Source: Klebsormidium nitens
Lineage: Eukaryota > Plantae > Klebsormidiophyceae
DNA length: 64,000 nucleotides
Assembly (NCBI GenBank): GCA_000708835.1
Contig: DF237001.1
Location: 1 to 64,000 of the forward strand
Reading direction: 5' to 3'
Below, one piece after another: positions 1-10,700 of the stretch. The notes beneath the pieces were generated by a model. It saw nothing but the letters and a program-made list of their open reading frames with translations, did no database searches and was not told where the DNA came from. Position 1 is the first letter of the stretch. Each line of letters starts with the position of its first letter. Both the position numbers and the translations under genes were made by a program.

Positions 1-248
1 AGGCAGCGATTGTGTCCCCAAATGCAAACCAGACAGCGATTCTCACGCAACCAGGCACCGCAAGCAATCAATTCTGCCAATCTGCTGAAGCAATCCGAAC
101 GGCGGTACCAACGAGTGTGCCAACCTGCTGACGTACACCAACCCCCAATCAACGGATCCAAGGCAATCAGTGCCACCAGCCACAATCTCGCCGATGATGC
201 AATCAGTCTGAGGCAAAACAAGCAAAGCACACTGGCAGCGATACAAAC

Positions 249-645
249 CAGCTGTGCCCACTGTGGCGCAGCTCGAAGAACAACCTGCAGCGCTGCAAAC
301 CAGCTCTGCGAGCTGTCAGACAAGTCAAAAACCACCCTGTCAGCACAAAAACCAGCTGCACCCTCTGTGGTGCAGCTCAAAACAACCTGGCGATGGTGCA
401 AGCAGTCCTGACGTAGGCTCAATCCAGCCTGCAGCGATCCAAACAGCTGCCAACCCAAATCAAACGCACAAACGCTGCAGCCTGTGGCGCTGCAACGGTG
501 ATCCAAACACCCCAAACCAATCTGACAACCGGGTATAACAACTGCGCCTTCTGTGGCGTGGTCCAACCCTGTAGCCTGTAGCGCTGTAACGACTGCGCCA
601 AACGACCTGACAGTGACGTCAACCAGCTGCGCCTACTGTGGCGCT
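249..645. repeat. Dispersed imperfect hairpin motif (cagctgcgccNNctgtggcgcagct), about 5 copies, in probable TE-derived sequence
   Basis: Copies at about 249-273, 353-377, 473-493, 541-562 and 624-645, amid caa/acc-rich spacers. Followed by acaatgc-type short repeats at about 705-775. No recognisable ORF. Confidence 0.55.
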
Positions 646-1320
646 ACCCAAACCAGTCTATACCCGGCAATGCTGAGCAATGCCCAGCAATACACTGCCT
701 ATACAATGCTGGACAATGCTACACAATGCTATACACCGCAATACAAGCAATGTGATACACAATGCACCCAGGGCCAATCCCCCTCGGGACTGCCCTTTCC
801 TTGCTCCCTTTGGAGCCTACAATAGTCTTATGGCAAACCACACTAGGTACTCCCTTCTCGGCCGCACGGCCGAGCCTAGCCTCACAGTAGGTATACTGTA
901 GGTACACTGTATATTAGGATAGTAGGTAACTCTTTACCCAACCCAATATACCCCACACTGCCAAGTCAAACAGTCACAGTAAGACTCGCAATCACTCAAA
1001 ATTCACACAATCTTCGCAAAATCACCGCAATGCAACCCAAGTGTATAAGTTCAGGGGGGTGTACGTACCCTGGCCTCTGACTTGTGTACTTCGGCGTTGC
1101 AGGGGGCTTCTCCGTGGGACCGGGACGTGGCGCCCGGGCGGTCGTCCGTGCTTGAGCAAGCACGCGTGGCCGGCTTGGTAGGACCTCCTGGGGGCTGCGA
1201 CTCGTTCGTCACCTGTGTGAAACTGTGCGAGTACCAAGGGAGCTTGACACAGGCGAGAGGGACGAGGGAGGCGAAAGAGTGCTAAGTCGCAACGGTGTCA
1301 ACTGAGAAGTGCTATAACCG

Positions 1321-2110
1321 NNNNNNNNNNNNNNNNNNNNNNNNNNNNNNNNNNNNNNNNNNNNNNNNNNNNNNNNNNNNNNNNNNNNNNNNNNNNNNNN
1401 NNNNNNNNNNNNNNNNNNNNNNNNNNNNNNNNNNNNNNNNNNNNNNNNNNNNNNNNNNNNNNNNNNNNNNNNNNNNNNNNNNNNNNNNNNNNNNNNNNNN
1501 NNNNNNNNNNNNNNNNNNNNNNNNNNNNNNNNNNNNNNNNNNNNNNNNNNNNNNNNNNNNNNNNNNNNNNNNNNNNNNNNNNNNNNNNNNNNNNNNNNNN
1601 NNNNNNNNNNNNNNNNNNNNNNNNNNNNNNNNNNNNNNNNNNNNNNNNNNNNNNNNNNNNNNNNNNNNNNNNNNNNNNNNNNNNNNNNNNNNNNNNNNNN
1701 NNNNNNNNNNNNNNNNNNNNNNNNNNNNNNNNNNNNNNNNNNNNNNNNNNNNNNNNNNNNNNNNNNNNNNNNNNNNNNNNNNNNNNNNNNNNNNNNNNNN
1801 NNNNNNNNNNNNNNNNNNNNNNNNNNNNNNNNNNNNNNNNNNNNNNNNNNNNNNNNNNNNNNNNNNNNNNNNNNNNNNNNNNNNNNNNNNNNNNNNNNNN
1901 NNNNNNNNNNNNNNNNNNNNNNNNNNNNNNNNNNNNNNNNNNNNNNNNNNNNNNNNNNNNNNNNNNNNNNNNNNNNNNNNNNNNNNNNNNNNNNNNNNNN
2001 NNNNNNNNNNNNNNNNNNNNNNNNNNNNNNNNNNNNNNNNNNNNNNNNNNNNNNNNNNNNNNNNNNNNNNNNNNNNNNNNNNNNNNNNNNNNNNNNNNNN
2101 NNNNNNNNNN
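1321..2110. other. Assembly gap (790 N)
   Basis: Run of N. Confidence 1.
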
Positions 2111-3335
2111 GCAAAGGGGCCAAAATGCATGGACCCCAATAAACGAAGGGTCCAACATGAATAGGCTATGGCCGTGCATAGGCTATGAGCCTGTGGCGGC
2201 GGCGGCGCGATGCGCGCACGCGCGCGCTCAGGACACGCTATGGCAAGGAGCCAATCTGGCGTGACAAAGCCTTTCAATAGTATGCGCAACTGTATGTACT
2301 TCCCATGTCTCTCATAAGCCGCTACGATATTTGTGGCTTGCTAGAAGGGTTGAAGTGTTCGAACGCGTCGATTACTGAGCGCTCATGGCTACGCTAAGCT
2401 TATGCGCACTCTAGATAAGCCCTGCATGGGACGTCAAGCTAAAAGTGGTCTGCAATGCACCCCGCGGCTTACATCAATGAGTCCGCTTACACCCGAGCAC
2501 GACGGCTACTTTTATATGTTACTATACAGAAGGCATCATTGCTGCAGCCTGATTTTCAAGGTAGCCGCGTGTTTCAAGAGATGCAAGGCGGGCCCACATC
2601 GGCCTCCTATCCAAGCCACGGCATGCCAACTCGGCATCCAAACTCGACTAGTATATATGCACACCCGCATGCGCGGCCGGGCGCCTTCATATCAAAAAGC
2701 GTACACATACACGTAGGAGTGCGGCATATACTAACGGTTAAACTTCAGGCTTGCAGTACGGTCGCGCACATCATGAATTTGCCTCGAGTTGCCTGAAATC
2801 GTACTGATCGATTGGAGTGACTCAAAGCATCCCGGGCGACACACATGATCTGCTTGCTTGATAGAGCGACACTACAGATACGGTGTCACTGCTATACCTA
2901 GGCTACTCTCATGACCATACAGGCGAGCGTCATGCGTGTTTGCACACGAACCCGGTCTTTGCCAGAAAGGAGACCTCCGTTCGCACACTCCAGTTCTTTT
3001 ACCTGGCACCGCAAAAGATTGGGTCGCAACTTGAGAGTGCTTTTCGTAGTTTGCGTTTCCCAAGCTCTGCGTGAAGGTCGGGCTCCAGTCGGACCAACCT
3101 CAGTACGGTCGCAAGCAATAGAATTCTCTCCTTGCATGGCTTCGGCCCCACATGATAGGCAACGGCCACAAATCCGCTCCTTCACTTCGCCTCGGACTCG
3201 ATCCCGTTCCCCCTTACATGTTGGTCGCTCGGCGGCGTCACACGAATCACTTCAAGTACGAACACACCTTATCAACCTCCTCGCGTCTGCATACTCAAAA
3301 TCATCTCTGCATCGTAAGTTCTGAGTGCAGCCCAA

Positions 3336-6300
3336 TTATCGACACTCGGACACCGGGCTCCGCGACCGGCTCCGCTCGCGCGGCACCCAGTTCTCGGCGG
3401 GCGTCCGGTTCGGACCGCGCGTGGGGGAACGTCCGACCCGCGCACGCCAGCCTTGCAGAAACTTTACCAAAACTTCGAGCCCGTGGTCAACCGTGTCCGC
3501 AGCGTCCGAAAGGCCCGCTGCGGACAGCTCCGGACGTTCGCTCAGCTCACGCAGCAGCGTGCTCGCCGCCGCGGCGGTGCAGACCTTTTCGAGCGCGGGC
3601 TGGGGCCTGCGGAAAGACACGTGTCAAATTTTCATTTGTTTGGTGGTGACGTGTGACTGGACTCTCAGAATGCCCTGAAAGGATTTCAAACAATATTGAA
3701 AAGTTAGCCAACACGTGGTTACGGGACTCGTAAAACCCTTCCATAAAAATTTCAGTAGGGACAGAGAGAGACGGACGCTACAAGGTCAGATGAGTGGGTT
3801 ACCCTTTCTGTCCACTCGTTCCACTCGCCGTTTAAGATTTGGATACTCCCTCTTGTACCTGCTTTCTTGATTCCACAAGCTGCTCGAGTGTCTGAAGGGC
3901 ATATTTACGTTGGCTTCTAAAGCGCCTATTTTATAAGGCCCAAACAATAAGGCCGAGAGGTTCCCAGGAGGGGGCTCAAACAAATAGGAACGTATCTCGA
4001 GCGAAAAGCCGTGTTTCTCCAGTAAACGCCCAGATAAACACCCTTCATACGGCGCATTCTCAAGAGAAGGCGTCTTCTCATCGCTTTACTCTTGACAAGG
4101 GCATGAGCACATTCTCATTTCAGGCTGTGCACTCTCATGGGCGCCTCGGAGGGTACACTCCGTTTCTTGTTTCCCACTTTTGGCGGTTCAGAAGGGGTTG
4201 CGTTTCACCAGAAGGCAAAATAACCAGACGGCGCATTCTCGCCGCAGGCTGTGCATCTTGGACGGCGGTTCGAGGGTGAAAGAACAGGCAGGTCATTTTG
4301 CCCTTGACGCCTTTGTTTTTACTTTTGCCGACTAGAAAACGGGTGTGATCCACCAGAGGGCGCATTCTCACCGCAGGCTGTGCATATTGGACTTCGCCCT
4401 GGGGGTTGAGACGCCCCACTCCTCGTTTCATTCCTCGTTTCCTACACGCGCTCCACTCCTTGTTTCTTACGCTGCTCACAGAAAGATGGTGATCGCTTCA
4501 GAGGGCGTATTCTCACCGCAGGCTGTGCATCTTGGACGGCGAGTCCGGGGTGAGGCACAGGCACGCCATCTTGCGGCCCCACACGCGCTCCGCCTGCTCC
4601 TGTAGCCGCACCAGCATCGCCGTCGAGTTGTTCCACGTGCCGTCCAGAAAGACGAAGTGCACAGGAGGGGAATTTACGACGCTAACCGGGGGGGTTTGGG
4701 AGGTTTGGGGGGTGTGGGAGGCTTCAGGGTTTTGGACGCTAGGGGCTCGTTGACGGTTTGGAAGATTGACAAAAAGTTTGGGGGGATTGTGAGCGGGGGA
4801 GGTTTCAGGGCCTTCGAGGGGGCTGTCGCGCAGTGTTTGTGAGGCAGGAGATTTGCCGGATGGAGACGCGACCCTGGGGGTGTGAATAAGGGCTTCGGGG
4901 TTGGTGGTGGGAGTGTCGCAAGCGCCGCTGGTTGGATTTGGAGAGGCGTGGGGAGATGTGGACGGCAACGGCAGCGTGTCGATGTAGAAGATCTGCAAAA
5001 GTAAGGATATGTAAGTGGCTGTGTCCGAGTACGGAAAGGACCTTTAACTTTTAAAACCCGAAGAATGTTTCCTCTTTCCATAAACGGTGCGAGGAGCACG
5101 GGCGCACATTCCGAGGCTTTGTAGTCGAAACACAAAGAGGGCTTCCACGTGCACAAAGCAATCGTTGAATGGGGTGAAAGCAGCCCCTCTAAGCTTCTAT
5201 CGGTAAGTCTGATCACTTTCAAAAGAAGCAAGAAGGATGATCTTCAGTCCGAACTGAATATCAAATTGGTTAGGGACGCGTTGCAAAAGAGAGGCCTTTT
5301 CGGGCTTGGGATTCAAAAGGAAAACGAAGGGATGACGAGATGGAATACAATTAAACAAAGAAGACGCAGGAAGTCAGCATCAGCGGAGCAGCCTTTACCT
5401 CCATCGTCTCCTGCGCTTTCCTCTCAGGGTACATCAGGAACACCCGGCCCGGGCCCGCCGCCGCAAACTCGCCCCACATCTCGTTCTCCAGAATATCCAG
5501 CCCCGAGATTGACAGCCGTACCGACTCCTCTCCAAACAGCTGCCACAACACTTTCCCCGTGTTGTTCTTCCGTCGGTATTCCTTGGGATGCATCAGCATC
5601 CAGATGCGCATTCCCGGCCAAAGCGGACGGCTGAATCTGAACACTTCTTGGCACATGCAGCTTTCCTGGGGGAGCCAGCACTCGGTGCACTGGACCGTGG
5701 GTTTGGGTCCCTGCTTAGATGGGGTTAAGAGCTGGTCAGATGGGGTTCGGGTCTGGTTAAGGGCGGATAGGGACTGATGATCGGAGGGTTTGGCGGCCTC
5801 GTTAGATGGGGCTCGGGACTGGTCCGAGGGGTTAAAGGACCGGGTTTGGGACGGGTTAGGTGAGGGTTTGGTGGCCTGGGTAGGCGGGGTTTCGGACCGG
5901 GTTAAGTACTCAGATAGGATGCGTCCGGCAAGCGTCCGGTACGTGCTGACGCGTTGCTTTTGCTCGGGGTCCCTCAAGAACGCCATATGCTCTTTAAATG
6001 CATCCTCGTTTACGATCCTCAGCTCCGTCAAGGCCCCCCCCTCTAGTTTCTCAAGGCTCTGTGCGACGTCCTCTGCACTTACAGACTCTAAGTAGCTTCG
6101 CTCCCCGGTTGCGAACTCGATCGTTCCCTCTTTCCGCTTCTTTGATCGCTGCTCGGCGAGCTCCTTTTTGGACTCTTTTGTTTTGGCCAGCGGAGACGAG
6201 GAGGACACCACTGCTTTCAACTCGATGGCGCCCCTCAGAATCCGGTTGGTGAGAGTTTGAGATCGCCGGCGATCTAGCTGTGAGGTTGGGCTGCTCTCCG

Positions 6301-7021
6301 ACTGGGAGGCCATGTCCCGATTAAGCAATGGAACAGAATCGGCGAGAACCGAGTCGATGACTCTGAGAGGAGAAGCGTTCTCGACTGAAGACGAGTTGTT
6401 CCCTGTCAGCAATGAGAAAGATTCTGTGGAAGTTGAGGCGCCTATGTGCGATGCCCTTCCTAACAGCCTACTACTTTCTGTACTTTCTGAACCCACAGCC
6501 CCGTCCGCTCTGTCCATCACTGAACCAGGCGCTTCCTTGGATTGCTCTAAACTTGAAGTCTGGAGCCCCGTCACTTGCCCTGGCTCGAACGCCTGATCCA
6601 AAGCAGACGCACCATCCAACGAGGACGGCGCATCGACTCGGAAACTGCGAGCAACTTTCAGGTTACCCAGCTGCCTGCCGTCGCGCAAGACCACAGACTC
6701 GCCCTCACTTTGCCTCAGGCGCCCTGCACTGTTTCCCTCCATCAGAGTCCTCCTGAGTCCATCCGTAGAGAGCAATGCAGTGGTCTCCATCGGGCCTAAA
6801 AAGGTGCCTCTTACGCCTGAAAAGAGCTTGCAGCTGCCGTATGCGTGCCCGCAAACTACACCACCTTTTGGAAGCCCTTTCTGTGCGGGCCAGCGATAAG
6901 CGTGAGCAGACACGATTGTGTCGGAAGTGGGGTCAGCAGATGGCGTTGGGAGCAGCTTAACAGAGCCTTGCAAAACTCCAGCGACGGAGCCACCTCGTCT
7001 GCACAGAGCACGGACCATCAT
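3336..7021 (-). CDS. DTW-domain protein, tRNA-uridine aminocarboxypropyltransferase (DTWD2/TapT-YfiP-like), about 789 aa; exons 7021-5399, 4992-4517, 3606-3336
   Basis: Motifs CTECWLPQESCMC, HPKEYRRKNNTG, FLDGTW (DTW) and MHSLR|PQP...VCTAAA are joined by GT-AG introns with compatible phases (0, 2). Long low-complexity N-terminal extension. Confidence 0.85.
4050..4560 (-). repeat. Tandem intronic copies (about 125-145 bp period) of DTW exon 2 3' end plus donor site
   Basis: gcgYattctcRccgcaggctgtgcat at about 4505 (real donor), 4360 and 4231; more degenerate at about 4111 and 4053. Confidence 0.85.
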
Positions 7022-7788
7022 TCCACTTTCACAAAAAGGAAGAAGCTGCCAATGCGCCCCTTCTATTGACGCTCAATGGGGGCATTGGCATGAGACTCAA
7101 AGGGGACCTCTAGCTGCTGGATTCGACCCCACAGGTCTGCTGAAAGAACTATTACAGAGACAGGGAAAGGAGACGCCCTAGCTGCCGCCCTAGAGGCTGA
7201 TGAGATGCTCACAGAATCACATGAGAATGCTGCAAACGACTGCGCAAGATTTCCAGTAGCTGGGAGCTTCATGTTGGCAGAATTTGGGCCCGCTCTGGTT
7301 AAATTTTTAACATTCATGAGCTTTCTTAGAATGCAAATTTTGATTCGTTGGCGACTTGCCCGTGGCGAGAAGCCGAGTTCTAACCAGTTCTACCAGTTTC
7401 GCCACATTTTCAACGGTCAGCACCTTCTTTCAAAAACTTGAGGTCGCCAAAAAATTGACACCCCAAAAAGAATTGCACGACGAAATAAGTTGAATCACCA
7501 CTCATAGTGTCAAATATTGTTTGTCGACTTCAGTGATCGAGCTCACCAGCCTGATCAGGCGTTTAGCAGAACATTGGCGTGGGGATCTGCATATAGCCAT
7601 GGGGCTGCGCTTGAAGTCTGAAAAGCTGGGCAGCCCTTGCGCGCATTGCGCTTCGCTCAAGAGCGAGTCATTAGCAATTCTGCAGGCCTTTTCAAACAAT
7701 GCAAGCATCGATTGCGTCATTGGAGACTGAAAAAACAGCTATGACGGCTGATTGACGGCCTGTTCTTTTCAGCATTGTACTTCCTGCG
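7022..7788. promoter_or_regulatory. Putative bidirectional promoter/5' leaders between head-to-head DTW and RDR genes
   Basis: Only 767 bp separate two divergent start codons. No specific elements identified. Confidence 0.4.
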
Positions 7789-10700
7789 ATGGATCAGCAC
7801 GCTTTTCCTGATCTGCCTCCCCGCTTGAGCCAGAGACTGCATTCCATCCTCCAGCAAAGGGGGTGGCTGCCCCCACAATGGGACTTTCCTGACAGTCTTG
7901 CGCTGCGCAACTTGGGTTCGCTGGCTCATGACAGCGAGTCGGCAGCAAGCAAAGTGTTGGATAACCTCTACAGCAAGTACGAGATAAAGAAGAGCACATC
8001 AGCGGTCATAATGCAGGAGGTCAAAATGCAAAGGCAGGCCCTAGGTTTGGGTACGGGGTTGTCACCAGCAGGGGGAGGAAGGGTTTCTGCGCAGCATTGG
8101 CAGGATCAGGCAAATGCAATGCAGAGGGGGGGCAATGCTGCTGGTTTTACACCCCCCCGGAGCGGACACCAATCAACCTCACCACTCAACGCGACAGCTT
8201 ATCAAGCAAACCCTCAGCAGAAACCTCCGACGCTTTCTCACCAGCGCTCACGAGAAACAGTAGAAAGTGACTACTTACTACGGCGAGAACCTGTCACCCC
8301 AGAGAAAAGCAGCCCTGCACCTGCGATGGTCTGCTCTCCCCCATCCCCAGAAAGGCCTCCCACTTCAGTACAAGCGCAATCCCCCGGATCAGTTCGTCTT
8401 TCCCAGGGGGGGCCTGTCGTGAGAAAGTTAGATCCGCTTCTAGGCCCTCCCCGCGCCAAGTCCCCAAGGATTGGGTCGGAGACAACAAGACACGCATCCA
8501 GGAAAGGAACACACCAGGGGGGCAGTGCAGATCAGCAGCGGAATGCTGACGTCAGCAATGCCTCGCTGGGCGAGTGGGATGAGGGCGTCCCGGGCTCACA
8601 GCAATCATTCGCTTTTCCAAGGCTCGAAACCACCCCCCCAATCCGGTTTGAGACACCCCCTCCAGAAGAAGCCGGCATCCTGATCAATGCAAACGCACTG
8701 TCCCAGCAGGGGTTAGCGTCTGACACCCGGGGGTTAGCGGAAAGCTTCAGCCGGTTTGAGCCGCCGTCAGGTTTCAGAAGCTACAAACCCCCTAGTCGAG
8801 GTGCATATCTACTGGACCCCCCTGAAACGAAACCCGTGGGTATAGAACGGACTCCAAGCTCCCTTCCGTTGGAGGATAAGCACGTCCTGTGCGTTACGCA
8901 TTGCGAGACCCCCCCCCTCCCCAGCTCCCAAGCCCTGCGGGGTTTGCCTAACCCCTCCCCTGGTCTGCCTAACCCTTCTCCAAGTTTGCCAAACCCTCCC
9001 CTCCAACCAATAACTGGCACTTGGCGGCTAGAGACATCAAGCAGCCAGGGGCCCCATCTGGTTCTCGAAGCAATCCCCGGGGGGCCCGTTCACACCCGCG
9101 TTCCCCTACGGTGGGAACAGCCCCTCCCTCTTCCTCCAGACCTTCAGGAGGGTAATGCAAACCTACTACGGAGCACCCACTCGAACTGGAGGCCGGTTCA
9201 AATAGCAGAAGACGGCTCGCTGCAAGGTGTCTTATGGGGACAAACACTGGTAAATGTTCCGCGAGTAACTGCCGCGAGGGAGGCGATGCCGCCGGGCATT
9301 CAGAAGAGTCTTCTGCATGGTTCTGGGATGACCAGGGATGACGTCAGCACATCGTCATCCCATGGTTCGAGGGTCCACGGTTTACCAGGCTCCTTGGGCG
9401 GCAGGGCATCATTAGGGGCTCCGGACTGCGATCAGTCGACTCCGCTCCGAAAAGCGTTCGGCGAGCTGGAGTTCAAGAAGCGATGGCTAGTGGAGTATCA
9501 TGGGGGCCATAATTTGTGAGTGCCTTTTGAATCTGTTTACGCTTGGATGAAGATTGGAGCTTGACTTTTGATAATTGTCACTCTAGATCGTGTGGACTGT
9601 TAGATGCTAGGCCCTGCTAACATGTTCCGACTCGTTTGTGTGAATCAGATGCTCGTCTAAGAAAAGTTGATCTTTATGGAGTTGTAACCCAACACAGTCA
9701 GGGGTGCAGACTTTGAAGAGTTTCATATAGGGAGGCCTACTGAAGCCACTTTTGGCTTCAACCGTTCTGGCGGGTTCGCATGCCTGTGTAGGCCAGAAAA
9801 AGTTGCACCTTGAAAGCATAACGCTACTTTATTCTAGTGTTTAGCAGGATGCTTGAACTGCTGAGTCACCTCTAGTACCTGCTTGACATGACCTAGATCG
9901 GAAGCGCTCAGGTTGTCGGTACCTAAGGACTAGTTGCAGTCCGTCCAATGCCAAATTCCAACCGCTCTCTTTGAACACAATCCCTACCCCGGTTTTCTTG
10001 CAGGAGCACCTTGTCCCAAACCGTCGATGACGTCACGCTGACGTCATCCCTCGTCGCCTTCCGCTCGTCGTCCCTGCTCGAGATCGAGGCCCGCCTGCTG
10101 TCCTTCCTCCCGCGGGCGAAGCACCGGAAGCTCATTGCTCTAGTTCTCACCCGGGAGGATCCGGATGCCAACGTCGTGTACGCGGTCAAGGTCCGGAAGA
10201 ATCGGACGGTCGAGCTCATGGCGCCGGCGCTCGAGAAGGCCGGCACGGCGGGGGGGCGCCTCTTCGACTACGACAGACTACTCACGGTCAGTGGCTCCTT
10301 GAACTTTAACCCATGTCGTTCGCTTCGCTTCCTTCCAGTTTTAACTTCTTTATTTCTGGTCAGCTTGCATCCCCGCTCTTTCTGTCTTGGTCAGCATGCG
10401 TCCTCGCTCTCTCTGGTTTCGTCATCAGCCTGAACGAGATCTCGTCGCATTTGGTCCTTCGGTGAAAGCGATCCTTCTTTCTCCCTGACCATTCGCAGCA
10501 TCCGGTATCCCAGGCCCTCAAACCCTCCAACTCGACGACCCCTCTACGATGAGACCTGCCAAAGCCCCTAACCCTTCGCAATTTAACCCTCAACAACCCT
10601 GCCGTTCCATTGCTCATCCGGTTTCCGTGCATTTCAAAAGTTAAAACCCTCTGCGCATATCTATATTTACAGTCTGCAAAAGCACACGCGCCACCACCTG

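Noticed and set aside
700-1320. LTR with primer-binding site
   Set aside because: No TG...CA pair or tRNA-complementary PBS could be identified.
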